Below, in pieces: positions 40,546-52,809 of a stretch of 64,000 nt of DNA. The position numbers and the translations under genes are program-made. The notes under the pieces were generated by a model. It saw only the letters and a list, made by a program, of their open reading frames with translations. It ran no database searches and was not told where the DNA came from. How positions within the stretch are numbered: position 1 is the first letter of the stretch; each line of letters starts with the position of its first letter. This stretch comes from Salisapilia sapeloensis CBS 127946 (Eukaryota; Protista; Oomycota). The DNA lies in contig JAADVB010000012.1 in assembly GCA_023334545.1 (NCBI GenBank), forward strand, positions 1 through 64,000, written 5' to 3'.

Positions 40546-42330
40546 ATGCCGATGAAGATGGGAGGTGGTGGTCAGAACCACGGCGGAAATAACAATGGTG
40601 TGGATTTGACGCAGCTTCAGCGTGAATATCGAAATATGGAGCTCAATCGCAAAGTCTATACGGATGAGAGTCAACAGGTTATGCGGCGTCAGCAAGCTGT
40701 CATTGAAAAGTTACGTCGAGATAATGAAGATATGAAAGCAGAATTGGCGATTGAAAGCAGTCATCTGACCGAAAGCTCTGCGACACAGCAGCAGGAGCAG
40801 ATTTGTCGATTACATGACCAGCTCGAGTCTTTCGATCGACGGAATCACTTCGAGTCCAAACGACTGGAAACTTTGACACAGCAAATTCAAGTCATGAAGC
40901 ACAAAGTCTTACATCAAAAGAAGCACATGGGCGGTGTGAACGCTGCCAAGGAGACACAGCAATTGGTTATGAAGCAAATTCGGATCCTTGAAAACCGCCT
41001 GGATAAGTCCTTGATCAAGTTTAATGAGGCACTTGCACAGAACAAAGTTTTGCGAGAAGAAATTGACAACCTTCGACGTGAACGAGCTACATTTGATAAC
41101 GTATACCGAAAGCTCGAGAAGGAGCATAATGATCGTAAGCGCCAAATGGCTTTGACTATTGAAGGCAGTAATCAAGCGTATGAACAGAGAGATGCAGCAC
41201 AGCTGGAGCTGAGAAGTCTACAAGAGATGAATCGTAGTGAGATGGAAGTGCATCGACAAGCAGTTGCTGAGTTGATATCAAAGTTGGAGCTATTGAAACG
41301 GCAGAATGAACGTAGTGGACGAGTGGGAAGTCCTGGTCGAGCCGGTGAGCTTTCAATGGAAGACGAGTATCAGATCAAACGTAAGCTCCAGAAGAGTGCG
41401 TGGGGGGTTGCAAAAGACAAAGTGCAAGTACAAGTATCAGTGGAACGTGTCCAGAACTTCGAAGAGGCATTTACAAAACTCCGTGCTGCAACCGGTATTG
41501 AAGACTTGGATGAACTTGTTGCATCATTCATAGCCAAGGAAGATCAAAACTTTTCCCTGTTTAACTACGTGAATGAACAAAACAATGAATTGGAAAAGCT
41601 AGAGGAGCAGTTAAATGAACTAAGAGAAGAAGAGAAGAGATACAGTGAAGAGGATGACGCTATTTCAGGCGGTGCTAATGAACAAGATGACGCTGGGCAG
41701 CAGAAACAGGTATTGAAAGAATTGGAAGCCAAGTTACTAGTCACCGAAGAGAAAGCAGATAAGTATGAGGCAATTTGTGAACAAGCGCAACAGATTGTAA
41801 ATGACGTCAAAGCAGCGATTCGTTCCCTCTTTAATAAGATTGGATGCAGCGCAGAGTCTGCTGTGGAGCTGACAGGTGATAGTGCGATTTCAGAGACAAA
41901 TATGATGCAGTATCTAGGATTAATCGAGCAGCGAGCAAACGAAATCTTGCAAAAGTATGCTGCATTGAGCAAGGAAAGCGCAAGGAAAGAAGGCGAGGCA
42001 ATAAAGCCAGCTGAAGAAGCATATCATACGGTACAAACAGTGCTGGGCTTGGGACCGAGCGCCCCTATGGGTCACGAACAAATTCAAATCAACCCTCCCA
42101 ACTTGGAAGACTATTCTTCGGATGACGAGGATAGTGAAGACCACGATGATGGCAACCATGCGCTCACGAGAGATGAGCTGAAAGCACGTACCTTGAAAGG
42201 TCTTCGACGATTAAATCAGTCTCCGATGGGGCACAAATCTAGTGCCAACATGATTGTGACGTCTCCGACAGCCTCTAATTCGTACAAGGCTGACATGAAA
42301 GCGAACACATATAAAAGCAATAAGAAGTAA
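40546..42330 (+). CDS. Outer dynein arm docking complex subunit 2 (ODA1/CCDC114/CCDC63 family)
   Basis: LENRLDKSLIKFNEALAQNKVLREEIDNLRRER, YEEAF-like FEEAFTKLRAATG, FIAKEDQNFSLFNYVNE, NMMQYLGLIEQRANE. First ATG at 40546. Confidence 0.9.
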   Translation: MPMKMGGGGQNHGGNNNGVDLTQLQREYRNMELNRKVYTDESQQVMRRQQAVIEKLRRDNEDMKAELAIESSHLTESSATQQQEQICRLHDQLESFDRRNHFESKRLETLTQQIQVMKHKVLHQKKHMGGVNAAKETQQLVMKQIRILENRLDKSLIKFNEALAQNKVLREEIDNLRRERATFDNVYRKLEKEHNDRKRQMALTIEGSNQAYEQRDAAQLELRSLQEMNRSEMEVHRQAVAELISKLELLKRQNERSGRVGSPGRAGELSMEDEYQIKRKLQKSAWGVAKDKVQVQVSVERVQNFEEAFTKLRAATGIEDLDELVASFIAKEDQNFSLFNYVNEQNNELEKLEEQLNELREEEKRYSEEDDAISGGANEQDDAGQQKQVLKELEAKLLVTEEKADKYEAICEQAQQIVNDVKAAIRSLFNKIGCSAESAVELTGDSAISETNMMQYLGLIEQRANEILQKYAALSKESARKEGEAIKPAEEAYHTVQTVLGLGPSAPMGHEQIQINPPNLEDYSSDDEDSEDHDDGNHALTRDELKARTLKGLRRLNQSPMGHKSSANMIVTSPTASNSYKADMKANTYKSNKK

Positions 42331-42708
42331 GGATGCGACCTCATTAAGCTCTACGATTCATCGAGATACTGCGGCTACTCATTCTGCTAGTACTATATCC
42401 AGGTTCAGTCATTTGGGCAGTGCTAGTATATCTTGTGCTTGTTACTGGAAGTACTAGTTGCATACCAAAATTGCGCATAGGTAGTATTAAATGAATCATA
42501 ATTGCACGGTTTGATCTGTTTAAATGATAGTTCGTTTCATAAGGCTTGTTCACCCGGTCGTTTCAATACATCTTCCTCGAATAGGAAATTAATCGGATCA
42601 ACTTTTGTGCCTGTGACTGGAGCTGAACACTGTCAGGCTACAAGCAAACTTGAGCACAAGACTGCTCTTATTTATCTTTTATAAAACCATCGCTTCATTC
42701 AGTCACAA

Positions 42709-42794
42709 GTATGTCTTTTCAACTACTTCTACCTCCACGTGTATAACTTACTAACGTACGTCATTAATTGTGCTTCCCGTGGTGTCTCGAATAG
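42709..42794 (+). promoter_or_regulatory. Predicted 5'-UTR intron of the K+ channel gene
   Basis: GTATGT donor, perfect TACTAAC branch point at 42749-42755, first downstream AG at 42794; Inr-like TTCATTC just upstream. Confidence 0.6.
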
Positions 42795-42818
42795 AATACA
42801 TTCGATCAAGCTACAGCT

Positions 42819-45800
42819 ATGGCTGACCAGGAAACTGACATTGATCATGAAGTGAACGAGGAGCCCAAACATTTAGACGTACCAAAAGTTCCTCGTGGAA
42901 AACGGACTTCCGCATGGACTAAACCAACACTTAGCGCGATCTCACACAGCACAGTGCATTGTGACGCTAGTGATACAAATGCAATTATTGATGAAAGTAC
43001 AAAGGGTAAAATTGTCATTCACACTGAAAATGAAAGAAACACCTTGAGCAATCATGAAGACCTAAGGAAGCAAACAAAAAAAGAGCAGAAGACACCTCCG
43101 ATTGTCGAAACCAAAGTGCCCGTAAAGTCATCTACTCCAAACCTAACGGAGAATAAATTGTGGAAATCTGCAAAGCGCTTCATCCGCGTGACCAGTGCAC
43201 TTAAGCTTCAGAAGGAACATAAAAGTCGAGATGCCAATGCTGGTGATGCAGATAAAAACACTGATGGCATTCAGCAACGAAAGCGGTCAGGTAGTGTCAG
43301 AGTCGGGGAACAAAAGATACACTCTGACATGCACCACACATTCTCTGTTCAGAATATGAAAGCTAAGCTTTCAACTTCACAGTTTGGATTAGTGGAAACG
43401 CAGGGCAATGGCACCGATAATCAATACGCTGTAGAAAACTTTGATAATGATAGCGATGATATGTCTGCCAATGAGAACGTGTCTGCTCGTGATGACTCTG
43501 CCGAATCGCCTCGATTTTCTAAGCGAAGTCGACGCTTTAGCCTAATGAGCATGAGCCGAAGATCGAGTAGACATCTTAAAGAGTCTGAAGAACAGCCATA
43601 CATGCCACCTACTGAACTACCTTCAAGCTTTGTGTCTAACATGTTTCTCAGCCCTTCGATGCGTACATCAAGGCAACAACGAGCACTCTTTGATCGACTG
43701 AAATTGGATGTCGCTGACATGTTCTCACCACCCAAGGAACCAAAGTGGCCAAAAATACTAAATGGCGTGGCAGCACTATTCATTTCTCTCCATATCATTG
43801 TGATTACTCTAGAAACCTGCGATGGACAGAATCGCGGCAGTACAGACCCAGTGTATGCTTTTCTACCAACGGAAAGCGTATACATGGTATTTACGTCATT
43901 TGTAAGCGTCGCGTTCACGTTGGAACTGGGTTTCCGTTTAGTTATGGCTAAACGTGTGAAAGAAGAGCTTTCGCATATGGTTATATGGCTCGACTTCCTA
44001 TCACTTGTCCCGTGGTATTTGTCTCTGATCCTACGTGCAGCGAATGTGGACTTTAATTTATACTCGTTTGAAGGAGTGGACCATTATTTCTCGATGCTAA
44101 GGCTGCTACGAGCTTTTCGATTGACATACTTACTGAAGAATGTGGAGCAATTTCAGGTGCTATATCTGGCTGTAAAAGCAAGTTTGCTGCCGCTGGCTCT
44201 GACGCTCTTCTTTCTGTTCACCTTCATTATGATCTTGGCCACAGTCCTCTTCCTAGCAGAGCCCTGCTTTAACGTCAATACTTGTGCCTTTACAGATGTA
44301 TTTAATACTGCGTACTTCATGATGGTCACGTAAGCTTTTGTATCTTAATAAATAATTAATGTTGCATGTGTTAACGAATTTCATCTCCATGAATAGTGTG
44401 GCAACGGTAGGATACGGAAGCCAAGTCCCGTCACTGGAAAACCTCGTAGCGATGCTGGTAACGATGGTCGCAATGCTTTTAGGGCAAATGTATTTCTCGG
44501 TGCCCATTGCCGTCATTGGTACCAATTTCCAGACGATTCATGAACGCTTCCAGCTTACCAAGTCCAATCGGGGGCAAGCGCGAGATGCGGCTCAAACGCA
44601 GTTCGATACTCAAAACATTCATGAAAACACAGCTCGGCTTCAAGAAGTGTACTTTCATTTGGTCAATGGCTGGAGAGCTATCACTGTTTTGGTTCAAAAC
44701 ATTGAAAATGCGTCGGAAGAGGGAGGAAAAGTTGAGGAATCGCAAAAAGAATCGCCTACGAAACTAGGAGCACTTTCAATAAATGAATGGAAAAAGAGTA
44801 CGAAAACTTTACAAGCAGCTAATCGATCAGTAGATGCTGGTTTGGAGATGCATGAAAAGCGCAAGTCAGCGATTGATCATATTCTTCAAGTTCACGCAGA
44901 AGCTAGACTTCTGGTGGCTCGGTTTGTACCTCACAAAGCACCAGCGAGAACTTCCTTCAACACTGATAACGCATTGGAAGGTCCGGTTCGTGGAACTATG
45001 ATGCACAAAGCAAGACTCGCTATAATTACAAATAATGCCGGTGGAGCGCATCGGCGACAAACTCGAATGGGCTCTGGAACGTGGGAACATGATCTTTCGA
45101 TTCGAGGTCAATTGTGGCTAGCTTTGGAAATACCAGATTCATCTCGTCATGCTCGCATAATAAACCGAGTCATGGTCACATTTGCGCTAGCAAGTGTCTT
45201 TCTCTTCTGCCTCGAATCCCTGCCAGAACTTATTTACACCGGAATGGACTCAGACTTATGCAGGACCGTGGTGAAAAACTATTGTGAAGACACGGGGTAC
45301 TACAATGTGTCGAGTAACGGGTTTCATCAGGACCCAGGCTGCTTTGCGTACGGTGGAATCTATAATGACACCGTAGACTATTCTCGACCTCTTGACTTTA
45401 CTTGCCGCAGCTCAGGTGATGGACCCGACTGCTATGGTTACGGTCTCAACTTTGGCTCGAAGAATATTACGGCTGAACAATGTGAAGGCATGTTTCGAGA
45501 GGAAGGAGCCTCTATCATTTGCTTCCGACAACAATGCACAGAGTCCTATACGATTCTTGACATGGACCCGTATTGGATCTACTTTGAGTGGCTATTCGGA
45601 ATTACTTTTACGATAGAAGTTGGCTTGCGCTTCTTTCTTTGTCGTGACAAAATACATTTCTTCCGAGACGTGTACAACGTTTTTGATGTACTCTCCGTGA
45701 TACCATTCTTCACCGAGGTACGAAGAGGATAGAAACTATTGCTTATTGAAACTGACGAATGAACCATACCAGGTACTCGAGTACATGATTGTAGGTGTCC

Positions 45801-47162
45801 AACCATCTTATGCTATCATATCAAATTCATATTCACTTCTCTCGCTCATCCGAGCGATGAAAACAACACGTATGCTAAAGCTTACTCGAGTACTTTTGCT
45901 TTTTCCCACTTGCCAATAAGTAGCGTACTAACCGATGAATGTAGCATTTCCGCGTCACACAGGTTTTATACGAAACAGCACAGCGGGTTTACAGACCACT
46001 TACGATTCCGGTGAGTGATACTAGATACTGACCACAAACTTCGTGTTTAACGATGCAACCTATAGCTCTTCTTTTTGATGGTTGGCTGTGTAATTGCTGG
46101 TGCAACATTTTATGAACTGGAACGAGGTATCGACTGCCAAGTCGGAAAACCTTGTATGTGGTGGGGATTTGATCTCATGACACCGGAAATATCTGCTGGA
46201 TTGCCGACTGGCAAACGTGTTCTTATCCAAAATTGGAAACTAAGCGATATCAAAGATATGAAAACATCCTCTTGGCTGTCGTACACCACGTATGTATACA
46301 ACTTGCGCACTTAATTAGCCTATATGATTCTCACGTAAACGGCCACTTGTATCGTCTTATAGACTTACTTCCGTGGGATATGGAGACTTGGTGCCCCGAA
46401 CGTCACTTGGACGTGTCTTCTCCGTCATCGTGGCCATCGTGGCAACGATATATTCTGCCATGCCACTGTCACTTGTCGGAGCCAACTTTTACACCTTGTA
46501 CGATAAGCATATGGAGAAAATTGTCATTAACAGAGTACGTACATACCCATAGGCTCTATTTTATTTTGAATTGATATCTGAATGCTATTTTAGGGAGGAT
46601 CAAGCGCATCCTGGCATTCGCAACGACAATTCAATACACCGATAGCTGATGAGGATCCTAGAAAAGGTCCGCTTCGGGCATTAGCAGCAAAGAAGTCGCT
46701 GAGACGAATGACTCTATCGGATAACTATGCCTTATCGGAGAAGGAGCTTGCGATCATTCAGCAATTTATGGCCTTACGGAAGACGATGGAGAATATGAAG
46801 AGAAACTTGGACAACTACTGGGCAGTCCGTATGGACATGCTCAAGCGGATTAACTCCGATGCTTCGATGCCCGTCGGACGTACTACTGATACGATCGAAC
46901 AAGCTATTCAAACAAAAGCAAAAGCAATCATGGTACGTTTACATTGCATAATACAGATATAGCTGTGGCTAATTTATGTATGTGTATATCTGCACAGGAT
47001 GCCTTGATGGAATTCTCACAGGTGATAGAGAGACTGAATGACGCTCCATTAGAGTACGAAGCGTTCTTGAGCCAACCGAAGGGTGATGGACTTAACCCAC
47101 GGACCTCTTCTTTAACAAAAGCTTTAGGGACTCGGCCAGATAAAAAGAGTTCACTAGAGTAG
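42819..47162 (+). CDS. Two-repeat (2 x 6TM) voltage-gated K+ channel (8 exons)
   Basis: Repeat 1: S4 RLLRAFRL, pore MVT|VATVGYGSQVP, S6 PIAVIGTNF. Repeat 2: S4 RAMKTTRMLKLTRHF, pore TT|LTSVGYGDLVP, S6 PLSLVGANF. All joined in frame by GT-AG introns. Confidence 0.9.
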
Positions 47163-47437
47163 AAGCCCTTCGTAAACAAGTAGTTCCGCTAGAATGTGTA
47201 CAACACGCAGTGATATTTGTTATTAGAACCACCAGACTGTGTATCTTTATCTCGTTTCTATAAGTTGTACTCTAACAAATGAAAGGAACGATTTGACTTG
47301 TAAGTCCTTATGAAGGTATATGAATGGATAGGCAAACGGTAAAAGAATATTGGAGTATTGGCTGATAAATCACTAGTACTACACGTCGGGTACAACGTAG
47401 AAAGTTGAAAGCATCTTGTCTACTCGAGTGATGTAAG

Positions 47438-47830
47438 CTAGACGAAGAGAGTTGCTGATTTATGGATCATGAGAAAGTTGCGGACTTCTTCATCTTCCGA
47501 CACTTTCGGCACGGACAAGAGATCGTGGATAAATGCCTGCAGATCACTCATTCGCTGTTTCAAGTAATCCGGATTCAAGTCGCGTCCGCACCAGGTTTTT
47601 GGTGGTAGTTCTGGCAGCTTCTCTTGATGCTTGTTAGATAATGCGCTTAAGAGTTGGTCGAATTCGCTAAACCGACGATCCGTAGACCAACACCGCTTTC
47701 CATTATGTACTTGCAGTTCATACGTCGCATATCCTTCCTCCCGGACGCTATAGTTGATGATAGACACCGTATAGTAGTCAGGTCCATATCTTGACGACCA
47801 GACTTTCTCTGGCAAGTACAAGAGCGGCAT
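47438..47830 (-). CDS. Small stand-alone PX-domain protein
   Basis: YELQV..RRFSEFDQL..LPELPPK..LKQRMSDLQAFI. First ATG at 47830. Confidence 0.85.
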   Translation of the reverse strand: MPLLYLPEKVWSSRYGPDYYTVSIINYSVREEGYATYELQVHNGKRCWSTDRRFSEFDQLLSALSNKHQEKLPELPPKTWCGRDLNPDYLKQRMSDLQAFIHDLLSVPKVSEDEEVRNFLMIHKSATLFV

Positions 47831-47981
47831 TGTAAGCGTCTCTGCCTTGCGAATGACCAAAAGACTTTTTCGTTGTTCCAAGTTGTGTCTAAGCGACCTT
47901 CTGTCAACCTACGTACAACCTACAAACACCAGCTCTCAGCCAACCAGACACTTTGCCATTTCTATTATCAGACCCGAGTCG

Positions 47982-50900
47982 ATGGCTCCGAAGGACGCAA
48001 GTCAGCGCAAGAAGAAGGCTGTGAGCAAGCGCAAGACGGTCGCCAACTCTTGGCCTGCTACGACACCGTCTTCTGTGCCACGATCCATTCCGGAAGAACA
48101 GTATGCTCTTCTTTGTATGATGTATCAAAGGGATGAATGCTTATTGCGTGTGTTTTTGATTTCATGTAGCAATGAGACGTTGCAAAAGCTTATTGCACCT
48201 CATGTGGACTCGTTTAACTTCCTTCTGAGCGAAGGATTAGATCTTGCAGTTGCTGGTATGGGCAAAGTACCGATTGAGCTACCGAACCAACAACGAATGG
48301 TCATGTGGATCGAAAAAGCTCAGATTGGATTCCCAACGACTGAGAACCAAATTACTGGAGAGGTACCTTTCTACTCTATTCTATATACTACTAGGTAGTT
48401 CTAACGAGTGTTTTCTATAGCAAAAACTCTTGCCGAGCGAATGTCGTCAGCGAGGTATTTCGTACACGGCACCTTTGGTCGTCACACTTGCACGATCCTT
48501 CACTGGCTCAAACAACGTCGAGCGCATCCAACGTGTTGTGGGAGATATCCCGATCATGGTTCGATCGCAACACTGTCACCTGAGCGGCTTATCTCCAACT
48601 GAGCTCGTCCAAGCGAAAGAAGAAGCAAACGAGATGGGCGGATACTTTATCTGTAACGGAAACGAGCGATGCGTGCGTCTCCTCCAGATGCCTCGACGTC
48701 ACCACATGATGGCCGTGCGCCGAAATGCTTTCACGAACCGAGGCGATTTATATACCGAGATGGGTGTTACCATGCGTTGTGTTCGTCGCGATCAGAGCTC
48801 TGTCACCGTGACGCTCCACTACCTCGAGGATGGTAATGCGACGCTGCGTTTCGTCGTTCGTCGCCAAGAGTTCCTCATCCCCGTTGCTCTCGTGCTTAAA
48901 GCGCTCTTCCCAGTCACGGATCGAGAGATTTACGAACGTGTGTTGCGTGGCGATCATGACAACACGTACTTGTCAGCTCGTGTGGAGCTGATTCTACGTG
49001 AAGCGAAGAAACTGACGCTATACTCTCGAGACGAAGCGTTAGCTTACTTGGGTAAACACTTCCGTCAAGTCATGCCGTACGTGTACGAGTCGATGAGTAA
49101 TAAGGAAGTGGGTAACATCTTGCTAAACGACTACTTGTTCGTGCACATCCCACGTGGCGAAAAAGGCCGAGCGCAAAAGGTCGAGCTCTTGTGTCTCATG
49201 CTTCGTAAGTTGTATGCGTTTGCTAAAGGAGACATTCAAGAGGACAATCCGGATTCTGTCATGAACCATGAACTGCTGCTTCCTGGCCACTTGTACTTGA
49301 TGATTCTCAAGGAGAAACTACAGGAGATGATGGCGTCGTTAAGAGGTCTCGTGCTGCGTGAGACGCGTTCGAAGAAGAAGGGCATTGTCATCGACCAAGT
49401 CTTCTTGCGTAAACTGTGGGACCGAACGCCAAGTATCGGTGCTGCCATGGCATACTTTTTGAATACAGGCAACCTCCGTTCTTCCAGTGGTTTAGACCTG
49501 CTGCAAGTCGCTGGGTACACAGTCGTAGCGGAGAAGTTGAACTACTATCGATACGTCAGTCACTTCCGTAGTGTCCATCGAGGTCAGTTCTTTACAGAGA
49601 TGAAGACGACGGCTGTGCGGAAGCTCCTGCCAGACTCGTGGGGATTCCTCTGTCCTGTCCACACGCCAGATGGATCTCCTTGTGGTCTACTCAACCATCT
49701 AGCTGCTGAATGTCAGCTCGTGACACACCCGGCGCACTCGAATGATGACTTTTTGCAGCATGAAGCCAAGCTGTCGCAGTTCTTGTCGGACTTGGGCATG
49801 ATTCCAGCTCATGGCTATGGCGATGGTGCCATCGTCGTCCCGTACACGTACTTGCCGATTATGTACAATGGCAAGGTCCTTGGTGGTGCACCAGCCGAAG
49901 TCTGCAAGCGCATTCACGACACGCTACGTCACTTTAAGAGTCTAGAAGACGAGAAGGAGCGTAGCTCGCGTGGTGTCGTGAGCAACTTGGAGGTGTGTCT
50001 GATCATGCCGATGCCTGGCGGAGTCTTCTCTGGACTGTACCTTTCTAGTGATGCTGCACGCATGACTCGACCTGTGAAGCAGTTGGATACTGGTCGAGTC
50101 GAGTACATTGGTCCGATGGAACAGGTCTTTATGGACATTGCTTGCATCGACGAAGACAAGCGTCCGGCGACGACGCACATGGAGCTGAAGCCGACGAACA
50201 TGCTGTCGCTCGTTGCGTCCTTGACTCCGTTCTCGGACTACAACCAGTCGCCACGTAACATGTACCAGTGTCAGATGGCGAAGCAGACGATGGGCACACC
50301 AGCTCACTCGATCCCACAGCGTGTGGATAATAAAATGTACCGCATCCAATCACCTCAAGCACCTATTGTCCAAAACGAACGGCTGCGCGAGTATCAGTTG
50401 GACGAATATCCTCTCGGTACGAATGCTGTCGTTGCTGTGATTTCTTACACTGGGTACGACATGGAGGATGCTATGATCTTGAACAAGGCATCGTACGAGC
50501 GTGGATTCGCCCATGCGTCCGTCTACAAGCAACTGACCGTCGACATTGGAAACAGCGGACGACGAGAAAGTAGTACGAAGAAATACTTTTCGAATATCAA
50601 GCCGGATGGGTCGGGTGAATTGATCAACCCGAAGCTCGATCGCGATGGGTTTGCTGCCATTGGGCAATGGGTGCACAAGGGCGATCCGATCGCTAGTTGG
50701 ATCGATGAGACGACTGGCGAAGTGGCGTATCAGAAGCACAAGGAGTCGGAGCCTGCGGTCATTGAGCAAGTGAACTTTATCGGCGGTAGCTCCCAAGCTT
50801 CGGAGTTCACCAAAGCTGGCATTAAGCTCCGCTTTAATCGAAACCCGACGATCGGAGACAAATTTTCCTCTCGTCACGGACAGAAAGGTGTGATGAGTAT

Positions 50901-51654
50901 CCTGTGGCCGCAAGAGAACATGCCGTTCTCCGAGTCTGGCATGTCTCCAGACATTATCATTAACCCACATGCCTTCCCGTCGCGTATGACAATCGGTATG
51001 TTGATTGAGTCGATGGCAGCCAAGTCTGGTGCGCTCGGTGGTGAATACAAGGACGCGACGCCGTTCCAATTTAGTGAAAAGAACCGCGCGGTCGATCACT
51101 TTGGTGCGCAATTGACGAAGCATGGGTATAATTACATGGGTAGCGAACCACTCTACTCTGGTATCTCCGGCACTGTCATGCAGGCTGACATTTACATGGG
51201 CGTTGTGTACTACCAGCGACTTCGCCATATGGTCAGTGACAAGAGCCAAGTGCGCGCCACTGGTCCGATGAACGGACTGACGCGACAGCCAGTGAAGGGC
51301 CGTAAGAAGGGAGGCGGAATCCGATTCGGTGAGATGGAACGTGATTCCTTGCTGGCCCACGGCTGCGCATTCTTGTTACAGGACCGACTGCTCAACTGTT
51401 CCGACAAGCACATTGCGACGGTGTGCACGAAATGCGGCTCGCTACTATCTACAGCAACACAGCGAGCGAGCGTCGAAACGGCAGGACAGGGAGAAGTGGC
51501 CGCGGCGATGAACTCGAAGATGCAATGGTTCTGTCGCATGTGTCAGACCGGTGAAGGCTGTGCTGCAGTCGCGATGCCGTATGTGTTCCGATACCTAGCG
51601 AATGAATTGGCAGCGATGAACATCAAGATGACGATGGGTGTCAAGGGATACTAA
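47982..51654 (+). CDS. RPA2: DNA-directed RNA polymerase I second-largest subunit (3 exons)
   Basis: LIAPHVDSFN, VHTPDGSPCGLLNHL, GYDMEDAMILNK, GDKFSSRHGQKG, NPHAFPSRMTIG, RFGEMERDSLLAHG; Pol I-specific PLGTNAVVAVISYTG. Confidence 0.97.
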
Positions 51655-51835
51655 GCGGATAAGAGGTAGATGGAAAACAATAGAAAGCAGAAATCCAATA
51701 CATGCCTTATTTTCTTTTCATGCGAAGTGTCATTGTGTGGGACTGTACTAGAGCATCAGGTGGCGGGAGCAAATGGCTCTTCGTTTGAGCCATGAAGAGG
51801 CGCAGGTTTCACGCGACGACTCGTACGATAGTTTT

Positions 51836-51850
51836 TTCATTCGCATTTGT
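51836..51850 (+). promoter_or_regulatory. Oomycete-type Inr/FPR element upstream of the Cys-rich ER protein gene
   Basis: TTCATTCGCATTTGT, about 55 nt before ATG 51904. Confidence 0.55.
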
Positions 51851-51903
51851 GCAAAGCAAGACACGAGGACAAGCCCAAGACAAGTTTTCGACACTTTCGG
51901 ACC

Positions 51904-52583
51904 ATGAAGCTCACTTTACTCTTTGTATTCGCCCTCGCCGGGTCGATGAAAATGGTCGATGCTAATTGTGAAGCTCTTTGTACAACTAAGACACATCATC
52001 AAATGAGGTCAGCGTGTGCATCTAAGCGAGAAATGACGCCACGTCCAGATGCCTATAATCACTGCATCAAAGGGTTTAGTGCAGGTACGCATACGCTATA
52101 ACTGCTCGGTAACTTGCTTATCATACTGGTATGTTAAACTCGATTCGATGGCATCTCTAGGGGCGAAGAAAACGTGCAAAAACCACTGTAACAATGGCAG
52201 CCAGAATGAAGTCAAGCTGCATCGCAACCAAGTTTGTCCACGCGGCAGTGAGGCTTTCAAGCTTAATAATTGCCGCTTCGGCTTTGAGTTAGGCCAAAAA
52301 ATCGCACAAGAGTCTGTAAGTCGATTCCTCGAGGAAAACCCTCAAGAGGCTCCTAAGAAGACGCAAGATGATAAGCAGTCGATCGCTCAGCAAGCAGTAG
52401 ATGCTGCTGCCGATTTAGCGGATGTAGTTCCGTCAGCCAGAGTATGTATTCTGTCATTTATTAAAGAATGCCTTGATAAATCTAACGAAACATGTTTGGC
52501 GGCAGAACTTGCTGGAAGAAGCTCGTGCGGAGGCGATGAAGGCTGCAAAGACAGACACGGAAGGAACTCATTCAGACCTTTAA
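51904..52583 (+). CDS. Signal-peptide, 8-Cys protein ending in HSDL (putative ER-lumenal resident; 3 exons)
   Basis: MKLTLLFVFALAGSMKMVDA-NC. Introns 52085-52160 and 52442-52505 (CTAAC branch) give a C-terminus ...TEGTHSDL*. Confidence 0.75.
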
Positions 52584-52809
52584 GAAGAACCTTAGTGGAG
52601 ATAGACGTCTCCTTTTCCAAATTACAAGTCTCTTTCGATCGCAATTGACTTCTAGTAACCTCCGTCGAGTTTCTTATTTCTATTAGGTGTTCTCTCCACC
52701 TCTGGATACTTGACAACGTATAGACAAAGCATATTCGATTGCATTATCACATTGACTCGATACGATTCCTCTCTTTCATGCGCTACGAATTAAAGAAATA
52801 GAATGTAGT

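Noticed and set aside
50350-51360. 336-aa antisense ORF and other long shadow ORFs (e.g. 4451-4771, 6373-6783, 11872-12594, 35495-36264, 55501-55923)
   Set aside because: They lie opposite well-conserved genes, have no recognisable motifs, and are explained by codon bias on the sense strand.
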